From Methanomicrobiaceae archaeon UBA207 (GTDB taxonomy: Archaea; Halobacteriota; Methanomicrobia; Methanomicrobiales; Methanoculleaceae), in NCBI GenBank assembly GCA_002503135.1, contig DARA01000042.1, forward strand, positions 1-31,476: a stretch of 31,476 nt of DNA. Reading direction: 5' to 3'. The notes under the pieces were generated by a model that did no database searches, was not told the origin of the DNA, and worked only from the letters and a program-made list of their open reading frames with translations. Shown here piece after piece: positions 8,220 through 17,392 of this stretch (its first letter is position 1; each line of letters starts with the position of its first letter). The translations under genes and the position numbers were made by a program.

Positions 8220-9080
8220 ATGTTGGATGAATTGATTGAGAAACGCAGGAAAACTATTGCAGAGTCAGAACAGCACAAAGATCGGCGGAACGATCTGAAT
8301 GCCCAGGCAAGCAAATACGCGAGGGAGCGCAATGCCCTGAACAGCCAGACGCGCGAATTCGTTGAAGAAGCGCAGAAACACAAGGAACTCAGGGATACGC
8401 ACAACAAGGATGTTCAGAGGCTCAAAGATGAGCGGAACAGCCTCAATGAAAAAGCAAAAATCCTTTTTGAAGAGATCGAGTCATTCAAGACAGAGCATGG
8501 CAGCATCAGGAGCCATGGCACCACCGAGCTCAGAAAGCAGATAGAGTATCTCGAGTTCAAGCAGCAGACTGAGGTCTTCAGCACAGACAAAGAGCGTGAA
8601 CTGATTGAAAAGATCAAGCAGATGCAGTCTGACATCCGTGAGCAGGAAGTGGAATTTGAGCAGAATAAAGAGATGCGGACGAAGCTCACAGAAGCGCGGG
8701 AAATGCGCAAGGAAGCATCACAGATTCACGCACATGTTACAGAGATTGCGGAACTTGCGCAGCAGCACCATGATCTGATGGTTGAATGCTACAGAAAAGC
8801 CGACAAGTCCCGTGAAGAGGCTGACGAAGCGCACAAACATTTTGTTGAGGCGCAGGAATCTGCAGATGAGGAGCACAGGCACTTTATCACCTGTCAGAAG
8901 GAGATGCGGGATTATGACAAGGTGATCAGTGGTCTGCGCCAGAAAACGAAGAAGACCTATGTCACCAGGGAGCAGAAAGCCACCCGAAAAGAGGCAGAGC
9001 GGATCTTCCAGCAGTTCAGGGGCGGTGAAAAGCTTACGACAGAGGATCTTCTCCTCCTGCAGCGCTCAAAACTGGTATAA
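8220..9080 (+). CDS. Conserved archaeal coiled-coil protein (COG1340-like)
   Basis: E/K/R-rich heptad pattern, LEFKQQT...KERELIEKI and C-terminal GEKLTTEDLLLLQ. Precedes DUF373, as I recall for other Euryarchaeota. Confidence 0.8.
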   Translation: MLDELIEKRRKTIAESEQHKDRRNDLNAQASKYARERNALNSQTREFVEEAQKHKELRDTHNKDVQRLKDERNSLNEKAKILFEEIESFKTEHGSIRSHGTTELRKQIEYLEFKQQTEVFSTDKERELIEKIKQMQSDIREQEVEFEQNKEMRTKLTEAREMRKEASQIHAHVTEIAELAQQHHDLMVECYRKADKSREEADEAHKHFVEAQESADEEHRHFITCQKEMRDYDKVISGLRQKTKKTYVTREQKATRKEAERIFQQFRGGEKLTTEDLLLLQRSKLV

Positions 9081-9095
9081 CCTTCATATAACCCC

Positions 9096-9102
9096 TTTTT
9101 TT
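9096..9102 (+). terminator. Oligo-T terminator candidate
   Basis: T7 tract 16 nt after the coiled-coil gene stop. Confidence 0.35.
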
Positions 9103-9150
9103 ACCCGGATTCAGCAATTATTTAATAATATGTGAGATATTTCTATGTAG

Positions 9151-10275
9151 ATGACTCCTGGCAGGACATTGGTTCTATGCATCGATCGTGATGACGATAT
9201 CGGTTATAAAGGAGGCATTGAGAGTCCTGTGGTTGGCAGGGCGGCATGCCTGGATGCGGCGAACCGGCTTGGGCTGAAAGATCCTGAGGATTCAGATGTC
9301 AATGCGATTTTCAGTGCAATAAAAATATTTGACGAACTCCAGGAAAGGGGTGAGGATGCCGCCATATCCATACTCGCCGGCAGTCACACGAATATGGTTG
9401 AGGGCGATCACAGGATTGCGTCAGGACTCACTACAGTAATAAAAAACACAGGGGTCGATTCCTGCATCCTTGTCACGGACGGGGCTGAAGACGAATATGT
9501 GCTCCCGATCATCCAGTCCCGGATTGCGATAAGCAGCATACAGCGGGTTGTTGTGAGCCAGATTCCCAATCTTGAAGGGACCTATTATATCATCAAGAAA
9601 CTGCTGGATGACCCGAAAGTCTCAAAGACCATCTTTGTGCCGCTCGGACTTGGAATGCTGCTATATGCGCTGGCATACCTCTTCGGTTATCCTGAGGCTG
9701 CGACTGTAGTTGTTGTCGGTGTAATCGGCATTTACTTCCTCTTCAAAGGTCTGGGTATCGATGAGGTATTCGGTTATTTCTTCACCGCATTGCAGATCTC
9801 CCTGCAAAAGGGCAAGTTTACCTTTGTCTCTTATATCGCAGCGATACTCCTGGTAATCATAGGGCTTATCATGGGTCTGACGAGCCTGCTTGTTTATTAC
9901 AAGGTGTCAGGTGTATTCTTCCATCTCCTGACCTTCATCTATGGCGCAGTCGGGTGGTTCACTGTGGCAGGGCTCGTTGCAGCTGTCGGGAAGATCGTCG
10001 ATGTCTACCTCACTGAACGTCAGGCTCTCGGGCGGGTCATTGTTCTGCCGTTTTTCATCGCTGCACTGGGGGCAATCACATATGGTGCCAGTGTCTATAT
10101 CCTGTCCATAAGCGACATCCCCCAGTTCGCCATTCAGCCCGATACCGGTGTGGGTTACATAGTATTCACAACAATATGCGGGCTTATCTGCGCTTTCTTT
10201 GGTGTATACCTCCAGTCAGTGATTACAAAATGGCTTGGGGTAAAATATGGGGCGGCTGCAGAAGGCGGGGGATAG
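9151..10275 (+). CDS. DUF373 family membrane protein
   Basis: LVLCIDRDDDIG, DPEDSDVNAIF, VTDGAEDE, RVVVSQ..NLEGTYY, then multiple transmembrane segments. Confidence 0.88.
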   Translation: MTPGRTLVLCIDRDDDIGYKGGIESPVVGRAACLDAANRLGLKDPEDSDVNAIFSAIKIFDELQERGEDAAISILAGSHTNMVEGDHRIASGLTTVIKNTGVDSCILVTDGAEDEYVLPIIQSRIAISSIQRVVVSQIPNLEGTYYIIKKLLDDPKVSKTIFVPLGLGMLLYALAYLFGYPEAATVVVVGVIGIYFLFKGLGIDEVFGYFFTALQISLQKGKFTFVSYIAAILLVIIGLIMGLTSLLVYYKVSGVFFHLLTFIYGAVGWFTVAGLVAAVGKIVDVYLTERQALGRVIVLPFFIAALGAITYGASVYILSISDIPQFAIQPDTGVGYIVFTTICGLICAFFGVYLQSVITKWLGVKYGAAAEGGG

Positions 10276-10321
10276 TGGCGCCCGGCAATCAATTATAGTC
10301 AAAAACCATACTTTGCTATGT

Positions 10322-10515
10322 AAATCACTTCGTGATTTGTCATCAAAACGTGTGAGGCTGACGCCTCATACACGTTTGGCAGGAAAGTGGCAATTGCCAC
10401 CTTCATCAAACAGTGCGTGACACAACGCGGGTCATGCACGTTCTACTAAAAAGTCTGGTCTTCTTCATTATCGTGATAAATCAGAGATTTAACATGAGGT
10501 CCCCACCCACGGGGA
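10322..10515. other. Cluster of inverted repeats in a convergent intergenic region; candidate structured RNA or non-autonomous repeat element
   Basis: Hairpins at 10322-10338, 10346-10377, 10383-10404, 10413-10439, 10478-10490 and 10500-10515 (details in findings). Confidence 0.5.
10493..10508. repeat. Dispersed 16-nt repeat CATGAGGTCCCCACCC, copy 2
   Basis: Identical to 6410-6425. Confidence 0.8.
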
Positions 10516-10527
10516 GTTGGGCTTAGT

Positions 10528-11004
10528 TCAAAAAGTAGCGTTCGTAACCATATGACTGAAATAACCCATGCCTGACGGGAATTCTGAGGTCATCTGAAAC
10601 GTGCGTGTTATCTGCGGGCTGCGCACCGTCAGTGAAGGAACGACCACATTGAAATCATGCACCGGGAACCAGTACGCGCCGTCTTTATAGTCGAATGCCG
10701 CGTTCTCCACCACCATGACCGTATGTTCAAGGTCATTTTCAGTGATCACGGCATTGTCAAAATTGGTTATATACTGCACTTTGTCCTGGAGGTCTTTCTT
10801 TCCCAGCAGGAAAACAAGCAGCCAGATGCCCGGGTCAATGGCGTAATTGATCGTGACCGTCGCAGTGGCATCAACTAGGTCGATGGTTACGTCATGTACT
10901 ACGATGTAGGCGTAACGGTTTCCATCCAGCGCTGCTGCGGGAACTGTCAGGGCCGCCATCAGCATAATGGCGATGGCAACTGACGCCCATCTCATCATCG
11001 CCAA
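10528..11004 (-). CDS. Hypothetical secreted or membrane protein with N-terminal signal peptide
   Basis: MMRWASVAIAIMLMAALTVPAAA signal-peptide pattern, 158-aa ORF in a gene-sized gap. Confidence 0.75.
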   Translation of the reverse strand: MAMMRWASVAIAIMLMAALTVPAAALDGNRYAYIVVHDVTIDLVDATATVTINYAIDPGIWLLVFLLGKKDLQDKVQYITNFDNAVITENDLEHTVMVVENAAFDYKDGAYWFPVHDFNVVVPSLTVRSPQITRTFQMTSEFPSGMGYFSHMVTNATF

Positions 11005-11046
11005 TTACATTATCCCAGTATTTATAAATCCTTTATGGTCTGCCTG

Positions 11047-11074
11047 AAAAAAATGAGCCGGCAGGCTCATTTTT
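11047..11074 (-). terminator. Hairpin plus U-tract terminator over the alba stop codon
   Basis: AAAAATGAGCC-GGCA-GGCTCATTTTT is a perfect 11-bp stem (11049-11074). On the minus strand it ends in 7 U. Confidence 0.65.
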
Positions 11075-11342
11075 CCTGTGCAAGAAGGATTTCGATACTC
11101 GAAACATTGGTCTTGCCGGTGTCGGTATCGATGGTCTCTGTCGAGGTGATGATCTCCTTTTTGCTGACATTGTCAAGGAAGCGGTTGAGTGTGATCTCTG
11201 CTGTATCCACAGCCCGTGAAATTGCCTTGCCGCGTGCCTTTATTGCAACCTCATCCGCACCATTGCTGAACTGCGTTACCACTGCCAGTACATAGCTCAT
11301 TACAGGTTTATTCCCTACGAATACTGTGTTGTCATTTGTCAT
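11067..11342 (-). CDS. albA: DNA/RNA-binding protein Alba
   Basis: [39 protein letters not shown]. Confidence 0.96.
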   Translation of the reverse strand: MTNDNTVFVGNKPVMSYVLAVVTQFSNGADEVAIKARGKAISRAVDTAEITLNRFLDNVSKKEIITSTETIDTDTGKTNVSSIEILLAQEK

Positions 11343-11355
11343 CTTCTACACCCCA

Positions 11356-12372
11356 CTAGAGATAATTCATTGAGTGAATCAGCTCTGCGTTCAGCACAGA
11401 TGCCCCGGCCGCTCCCCGTATGGTGTTGTGACCAAGAGCAATGAAGCGAAGCCCTTCTCTTATCCTCCCAACCGAGACCGTCATGCCGTTTCCACGGTTG
11501 CGGTCCAGCCGCGGCTGCGGGCGGTCAGGCTGGTCAAATAATTCAATTGCTTTTGCTGGCTGTAATGGTAGGTTGGTTAATGGAGATTTAAAACTTCTGA
11601 ATGCGTTTCTGACTGCATCGAGTGGTTCATGAACATCTGCCCAGATTGCAAGGGTATGCCCGTCGATGACCGGCACCCGGTGGCAGCTGGCACTGACAGT
11701 GAATGGTGCATCCTCCACCCTGGCACCATCGAATGTGCCCATGATCTTTAAAGTCTCGGTCTCCATCTTCTCCTCCTCGCCGCCGATATATGGGACAACA
11801 TTGTCATAGATCCCCATCGCAGGAATGCCTTCAAAACCTGCACCAGAGATCGCCTGCATCGTTGCCACCCGGACATCAGTAAATCCGAAGGTGCGGAGTG
11901 GCGCCAGTGCCATTACAAACACAATGGTTGAACAGTTGGGGTTGGTGACGATGAACCCGTCCCGCCCTCTGTCCTGCTGCACATCGATCAGACCCAGATG
12001 ATCAGGGTTCACCTCTGGCACCACCAGGGGAACGTCTTCATCCATCCGGTGCGATCCGGCGTTGCTGCAGACTGCCAGCCCCGCATCTGCCATCTCTGTC
12101 TCTGTTTTCGCAGCGATCTCAGGGGGCAGGGCAGAAAATACAAGGTCACAGTCTTTTACACTCTCAAGTGTGGTGGGACTGACCACGATCTCTCCCGCAC
12201 TCTCTGGAAATGGTACATCCAGACGCCAGTTCACGATCCTGCCATACTCCTTCCCGGCACTCCTTTCAGAGGCGGTAAGTGTCTGGAGACTGAACCAGGG
12301 ATGGTCTGCCAGAATCTGAACGAAACGCTGTCCCACAGCTCCCGTGGCACCGAGCACACCCACATTTATCAT
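11356..12372 (-). CDS. asd: Aspartate-semialdehyde dehydrogenase
   Basis: VGVLGATGAVGQRF, VPEVNPDHL, catalytic NPNCST, TMQAISGAG, CHRVPVIDGH, GHNTIRGAAGAS. Start set at MINVG (12372). Confidence 0.96.
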   Translation of the reverse strand: MINVGVLGATGAVGQRFVQILADHPWFSLQTLTASERSAGKEYGRIVNWRLDVPFPESAGEIVVSPTTLESVKDCDLVFSALPPEIAAKTETEMADAGLAVCSNAGSHRMDEDVPLVVPEVNPDHLGLIDVQQDRGRDGFIVTNPNCSTIVFVMALAPLRTFGFTDVRVATMQAISGAGFEGIPAMGIYDNVVPYIGGEEEKMETETLKIMGTFDGARVEDAPFTVSASCHRVPVIDGHTLAIWADVHEPLDAVRNAFRSFKSPLTNLPLQPAKAIELFDQPDRPQPRLDRNRGNGMTVSVGRIREGLRFIALGHNTIRGAAGASVLNAELIHSMNYL

Positions 12373-12435
12373 AAATAAAAATGCTGTTTTGAATTGATAT
12401 AATCTCTCTATCCCTGCCCTCACTCTATAAAGATC

Positions 12436-12609
12436 TCACTCCATAGAGATCGCTTCGGCAGGGCACTCCTCCACACACGTTTCACAGTCCACACAGAGAT
12501 CTGCGTCTACGTGTGCTGTATCATCGTTCATTGTAATCGCTGCAGATGGACAGATGTCCACACATGTTTCACAGCCTGTACATTTTTCAGGATCAACAAC
12601 TGCTGTCAA
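12436..12609 (-). CDS. 2[4Fe-4S] ferredoxin, 57 aa
   Basis: CTGCETCVDICP and CVDCETCVEECP. TTG start at 12609 behind GGAGGT. Confidence 0.92.
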   Translation of the reverse strand: MTAVVDPEKCTGCETCVDICPSAAITMNDDTAHVDADLCVDCETCVEECPAEAISME

Positions 12610-12686
12610 TATATTACCTCCACATAAAATGGGGTGAAGTGAGTGAAAAATATTGTGAATTACGCACACGCCCGAGAAGGACAGCC

Positions 12687-13445
12687 TCAGAGATCAAGGA
12701 CATCTGACATTGAATAGACGCCCGGCGTCTTTCCTGTGACCCACCGCGCCGCCTTCAGTGCCCCATTGGCAAAGACTGCGCGGTCATATGCACGGTGGGA
12801 GACTTCAATGCATTCGAAGTTGCCTGCAAAGAGGACTGCATGGTCGCCGACGATATCGCCGCCGCGGATCACATGCACGCCGATCTCATCGCCCCTCTCT
12901 GCCATCCCCTCACGTCCGTAGACCTGTTGCTTTTCGCCCAGTTCTTCACCCAGAATCCGCAGAATCGTCTTTGCTGTCCCGCTCGGGGCGTCTTTCTTGT
13001 AGCGGTGGTGCGCTTCAGTCACCTCGATATCATAGTCTCCGAGATGTCTGGCAGCTTCGCGGACGAGCTCCCAGAATATATTGACCCCTACACTGAAATT
13101 GCTGGATATGACTGCAGGGACACGTCCGGCGATCGTCGCATCGATCTCTGCACGCTGTTCAGGAGTGAAGCCGGTGGTGCCAACCACCAGACTGATGCCA
13201 TGCCTGGCAGCGGTCCTGATATTTTCCACAGCAGCGTCTGCAACCGTAAAGTCGATGATTACATCAGGTCTCTTCTCAGCGATGAGTCCCTCAATCCCTG
13301 ATGCATCCACCACCTCTGCACCAAAGAAATTTCCTGGTTTGAGGTCAGCACCGCCCACCAGCTCCATATCAGGAGCTTCAGTGACCAGTCTCCCTATAGT
13401 CGTACCCATCCTTCCGAGGGCACCGCAGACCGCAATTTTAATCAT
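12687..13445 (-). CDS. dapB: 4-hydroxy-tetrahydrodipicolinate reductase
   Basis: KIAVCGALGRMG, IDFT, VGTTGF, SSNFSVGVN, EAHHRYKKDAPSGTA, RGGDIVGDH. ATG overlaps the dapA stop. Confidence 0.96.
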   Translation of the reverse strand: MIKIAVCGALGRMGTTIGRLVTEAPDMELVGGADLKPGNFFGAEVVDASGIEGLIAEKRPDVIIDFTVADAAVENIRTAARHGISLVVGTTGFTPEQRAEIDATIAGRVPAVISSNFSVGVNIFWELVREAARHLGDYDIEVTEAHHRYKKDAPSGTAKTILRILGEELGEKQQVYGREGMAERGDEIGVHVIRGGDIVGDHAVLFAGNFECIEVSHRAYDRAVFANGALKAARWVTGKTPGVYSMSDVLDL

Positions 13446-14313
13446 AATATGACAACACCTTCTTAAGTTCCGCTCTTTTCTCCTCTTCGAGTGCGTCAAG
13501 CGGAAGCCTGACCGGTCCTGCCGCCATACCCCGTATCTCCACAGCCGTCTTCACCGGGATTGGGTTGGTGTCTATAAACATGGACCTGAAGAGTGGTGAG
13601 AGCTCATAATGGAGGTTCAGGGCTTCCCTGTAGTCTCCTGCCCTGAAGTATTCATACATCCTCACCATGCGGAGAGGTTCAATATTTGCCGCAACCGATA
13701 TGACGCCTGCCCCGCCTATGGCAAGTAATGGAAATGTCATGGCGTCATCACCGGATATGACTGAGAAGTCCTCGTCGCGCACATCCTCTATGATCTGGGA
13801 TACCTGGTTGATGTCCCCGCTCGCCTCCTTGATGCCGACGATGCCAGGGTGCCGGGAGAGCTCGATGACAAGGTCCGGCGCAAGGTTCTGCCCGGTCCTG
13901 CCCGGCACATTGTACATGATGACAGGGATGTCAAGGTCTGCCAGCTTGCTATAGTGTTTTATCAGCCCTGAACGATTGGGTTTATTGTAATAGGGGCTGA
14001 TGACAAGCACGCCGTCTGCACCGATGTCTTTTGCGGCTGATGTCAGACGTACAGCCTCTTCGGTATTATTTGAACCTGTGCCTGCAATGACCGGCACCTT
14101 TCCATTGACGGTATCGACGACCACTTCTATGACGCGTTCGTGCTCTTCAAAACTGAGTGTCGCAGATTCACCAGTCGAACCGCAGGGGACGATCCCATGC
14201 ACTCCGCTCTCCAGTAGATACCTGACATTCGATTTCAGTCCCTCAGCATCAATATCTGCTTTCGGATTTTGGTGGAAAGGGGTGATAATTGCCGGAAAAA
14301 CTCCCTTGAACAT
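13438..14313 (-). CDS. dapA: 4-hydroxy-tetrahydrodipicolinate synthase
   Basis: PAIITPF, GSTGESATL, SPYYNKP, MYNVPGRTG, GIKEASG, SGDD, TNPIPVK. Confidence 0.96.
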   Translation of the reverse strand: MFKGVFPAIITPFHQNPKADIDAEGLKSNVRYLLESGVHGIVPCGSTGESATLSFEEHERVIEVVVDTVNGKVPVIAGTGSNNTEEAVRLTSAAKDIGADGVLVISPYYNKPNRSGLIKHYSKLADLDIPVIMYNVPGRTGQNLAPDLVIELSRHPGIVGIKEASGDINQVSQIIEDVRDEDFSVISGDDAMTFPLLAIGGAGVISVAANIEPLRMVRMYEYFRAGDYREALNLHYELSPLFRSMFIDTNPIPVKTAVEIRGMAAGPVRLPLDALEEEKRAELKKVLSYYD

Positions 14314-14324
14314 AAAGAGTACTA

Positions 14325-14513
14325 TCAGGTTCTTCTTCTATTTATTTTTCTTGAGATGTAACCTGCAACGCGGTTTCTTATCCGTTTACTCCCGATAACT
14401 GCGACCTCATCCACAATCGGCTTGTTCTCATCAAAGTCGGCGGTAAACCTGTTGCCGTGCTTCACCATTAGTTCCTGACCGAGTGTTTTGATATATGACG
14501 GTTTAATTCCCAT
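14325..14513 (-). CDS. rps17e: 30S ribosomal protein S17e
   Basis: MGIKPSYIK...FTADFDENK...SKRIRNRVAGYI. Confidence 0.95.
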   Translation of the reverse strand: MGIKPSYIKTLGQELMVKHGNRFTADFDENKPIVDEVAVIGSKRIRNRVAGYISRKINRRRT

Positions 14514-14524
14514 GTGAACCTTAC

Positions 14525-15136
14525 CTACTGTTCTGCATCATTTATGCGCGCCGAGAGCTTAAGTATATTTTGTGTGACCATCTGCGGGTCCTCGCCCAGC
14601 ATCCGTATCATCGCCTCCTTTCCGACCGCACCCTGGTCAGAGATGATGTCCGGGACACCCTCCCTGCAGCAGAATGCGACCCCCCAGTCCATGGTCTTCA
14701 GTCCCGGGGGCTCTTTTGTGCGGTCAAATGAACGGATTTCAAGCATCTGCTCATCAAGCACATCAAGGATCTCCTCAGAAAACCGGATATTTGCTGCACA
14801 CCTGATCATTGGATCAAATTTCATCACAGTGAGGACGATCCGTGCCATATGGTCACTTGCGCCGAATGCGACCCTGCCCACCGGGTGAACCCGGCTGTCC
14901 ATACGAACAATCCTTCCGGAGACAGCAGCGACGTCCTCTGGTGTCCGGGCACCGCGCAATGCATATGCGATGTTCATGCCGACCTCAGGGATGAGCCTGA
15001 CATTCATCCTTTCTTTCAGGTGTGCCACGGCGTACCCGAGGTTTTTCAGAACCAGTTCTCTCTCTGGAACTGGAACCAGGTGTCTCTCTGGATCCAGGTC
15101 CCTCTCTGGAACCCTCTCTCTCTCTGGTGACGGCAT
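14525..15136 (-). CDS. thiN: Stand-alone ThiN-type thiamine-phosphate synthase domain protein with an N-terminal repeat extension
   Basis: LIPEVGMNIAYA, DVAAVSGRI, FGASDHMAR, RCAANIRFS, FDRTKEP, DIISDQGAVGKEAMIRMLG. Start set at MPSPER (15136). Confidence 0.72.
   Translation of the reverse strand: MPSPERERVPERDLDPERHLVPVPERELVLKNLGYAVAHLKERMNVRLIPEVGMNIAYALRGARTPEDVAAVSGRIVRMDSRVHPVGRVAFGASDHMARIVLTVMKFDPMIRCAANIRFSEEILDVLDEQMLEIRSFDRTKEPPGLKTMDWGVAFCCREGVPDIISDQGAVGKEAMIRMLGEDPQMVTQNILKLSARINDAEQ
15056..15127 (-). repeat. In-frame ~18-nt tandem repeat (CCAGAGAG..., PERxxx) x4 at the thiN 5' end
   Basis: PERERV / PERDLD / PERHLV / PV / PERELV; includes a (GA)n run at about 15114-15125. Confidence 0.7.
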
Positions 15137-15257
15137 CGGTAGTAGTTTCTGTCCCTGCCACTCATAATGGTGCTGGGGGGAGATGCGGCGCCCGTGCATC
15201 ATCCGGTGTGGTGGCAGGCATAAGGACTATACGTATGAAGCAGGAAATGAATAATCC

Positions 15258-15434
15258 ATGCATAAACTTCTCCAGGATGTGATACTGGGCATCGGCAGCC
15301 TCGGTCTTTTCATTGTAATGCTGATAGTGCTGCCTCTCATGATGGAGAGCGGGGTTGCGTATCTGGTTGCGATTATTGTGTTTATCATCACAATGGGCGG
15401 TGCCGGGTATCTGATCAATGCGAAGGCGGCGTGA
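15258..15434 (+). CDS. Small two-helix membrane protein, 58 aa (below the ORF-track cutoff)
   Basis: My translation: MHKLLQDVILGIGSLGLFIVMLIVLPLMMESGVAYLVAIIVFIITMGGAGYLINAKAA. It fills the thiN-priL gap and overlaps the priL 3' end by 20 nt. Confidence 0.7.
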   Translation: MHKLLQDVILGIGSLGLFIVMLIVLPLMMESGVAYLVAIIVFIITMGGAGYLINAKAA

Positions 15435-16443
15435 CGCTCTCACCCGGCGTCTTTCCTCTCTTTTTCCTGATCTTGTAATAAGTCAGTGGATGACTGACGG
15501 TGTCACATAATTTATTGCGGTTGGTGCAGAGCCCGTATGTGCGCATCGTGGCGCAGGAAGGCGGCACATATTCTGTCCCTCCTCTCCCTGTGATGTGCTC
15601 CACCTGGTACATCGTCTTTTCAATGTCAAAATCCGGGGCACGGGAGTAGATCTCCACGATGGTGGTGGTATCCATCCCGATTATATGGAGGAATGCAGTG
15701 ATTGCGAACCTCCCCGTATGTGGGAGATTCGTGCCTGCAGTGATCGCCGTGATCAGTGCATGAATGCATGGCGGAAAACTCCCCTCATCGATCTCCCCGA
15801 ACTGCTCCAGTATCCGTTCCTGAAACCGTGTCAGGATCTGTTCTGTCACAGGCGTGAGGCTTTCGCAGATTGCAGCCGGGACACGGAGTGGAAGGTCCTG
15901 TCTGATGAGTGCCCTGATGCATTCCCGGAGGAGTTCGTCATGTTCACCTGCCTCCACCTTCACATAGCCGTGCACGATGTCTCTGTTTACGAGGCGCCAC
16001 CGGTCGTCGCGCATCTGCGCAGCCAGTTCAATATATTTAACCACGGGCACCTCACTGGCATCCGGGTCGGTGCCGGCACTCTGTGCCACATAACGTTTTA
16101 TCCGCGGCTCCTCCATCTGAAGATAGAAAAACATGCGTTCTGCCTCATATTGTGCAAAACGTTCGATCAGTGCACGTTCCTTTGTGCACGAGATGAGGAT
16201 GCGGGCTATGGCATAGCTTGCGATCTCCAGCTCAGGGGGAAGCCTGCCCGGGTCACTCTCATCAAACTGCTTTTTTGAGGACAGGGCATTCTCTACCCTG
16301 TCTTTTGCACGACTCACAGCGGATTTTCCCGGATTGCCTGATAAAAACCGGTCGAGTGACTCTGTGTGCCCGCGCACAAGGTCCTGCGACTCTTTGAGAA
16401 ATGGATATTTTACTAACACTTTGTGGTCGAGCCCGACCTTCAT
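15415..16443 (-). CDS. priL: DNA primase large subunit PriL
   Basis: KYPFL start, FPPCI, NLPHTGRF, PDFDIEKTMYQVEHI, YVPPSCATMRTYGLC, HPLTYY (Fe-S cysteines). Adjacent to PCNA. Confidence 0.93.
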   Translation of the reverse strand: MKVGLDHKVLVKYPFLKESQDLVRGHTESLDRFLSGNPGKSAVSRAKDRVENALSSKKQFDESDPGRLPPELEIASYAIARILISCTKERALIERFAQYEAERMFFYLQMEEPRIKRYVAQSAGTDPDASEVPVVKYIELAAQMRDDRWRLVNRDIVHGYVKVEAGEHDELLRECIRALIRQDLPLRVPAAICESLTPVTEQILTRFQERILEQFGEIDEGSFPPCIHALITAITAGTNLPHTGRFAITAFLHIIGMDTTTIVEIYSRAPDFDIEKTMYQVEHITGRGGTEYVPPSCATMRTYGLCTNRNKLCDTVSHPLTYYKIRKKRGKTPGESVTPPSH

Positions 16444-17186
16444 CAGTCGGCCTCGATACGGGGTGCAAGGAGATATTCGACGTGACCCCTACCATTGGCG
16501 ATGTCAAAAGCGAATTTGACAGGGTGATCATTGCCGAGCTGGATCTCAACTTCATCTGCACGTCCCATCACTCTGCCCATATCTTTCAGGTAATCGAGAG
16601 AGAAGAGCGACCGCACTTTCACGGGTGTCAGTGACCTGAGATCGCCGCTCCCAATCTCCAGTTTTATATGGTCTGTATCCCCCTCAGCCTCCATGTAAAA
16701 TATCTCTGTGTCCGGGTCAATGCCCAGTGCAACTTTGTCTGAAATGACTGCCGCTGCTTTTATTGCAGAGTTCAGGTCCTCACCAGAGAGGACCGCTTTT
16801 CCAGGGAGTTCAATGTTAGGTGGGTTCGGGTCCTTTCTGATGGTATTGACGTCAAGGAGTGTTATGGAGTAGCGGTAACCTCCAAAACTCAGTTTCAGTT
16901 TTTTTTCGCCTTCAGGGAGATCGAGTGTCAGGGGTTCCCCTTTGCTCATCATCCCGATGATATTTTTCATCTTGTTGATATCAAGACCGATCTGATCTGG
17001 TGACGCCTCATATGATGAGAATGCGCTTTTGTCCAGCCCGAGTGCAACCATCGCCACATTCGCCGTATCAACTGCCCGGGTCAGAATCCCATCATTCTCG
17101 GTGTGAACACGGCATTCTGTCACGAGAGCTGAGATTACATCAATTGATTCCTTGAATACGTCTGCATCAATTTTTGCTTTTAACAT
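16443..17186 (-). CDS. pcn: PCNA sliding clamp
   Basis: RAVDTANVAMV, SLFSLDYLKDM, LGNDHPV, YLLAPRIE. Confidence 0.96.
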   Translation of the reverse strand: MLKAKIDADVFKESIDVISALVTECRVHTENDGILTRAVDTANVAMVALGLDKSAFSSYEASPDQIGLDINKMKNIIGMMSKGEPLTLDLPEGEKKLKLSFGGYRYSITLLDVNTIRKDPNPPNIELPGKAVLSGEDLNSAIKAAAVISDKVALGIDPDTEIFYMEAEGDTDHIKLEIGSGDLRSLTPVKVRSLFSLDYLKDMGRVMGRADEVEIQLGNDHPVKFAFDIANGRGHVEYLLAPRIEAD

Positions 17187-17392
17187 TGTAACTCCTTAAC
17201 AAACTCTATTATAAAGTATATAATCATATTTTTCTTATAATGTTTATGCTAATTCATTCTGCAGCTGGCACCACTGCAGAAGTCATGCGTGGGTGTTGCA
17301 TGTCCTGCGGATATCTGTCTTTTTGGGTCTCGCAGTCTGCGCATCACCGGGTGGCGGGCAGGTGCCTGGTCTGAAAGAGGGGGGGTATCTGA

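Noticed and set aside
10496-10522. GAGGTCCCCACCCACGGGGAG resembles a type I-E CRISPR repeat
   Set aside because: Single imperfect copy, no repeat-spacer periodicity, and the 3' end lacks the ATRAACCG tail.
17240-17374. 44-aa Cys-containing ORF (MFMLIHS...CCMSCG...) upstream of rlmE
   Set aside because: No second CxxC pair or recognisable family; it starts inside the AT-rich promoter region.
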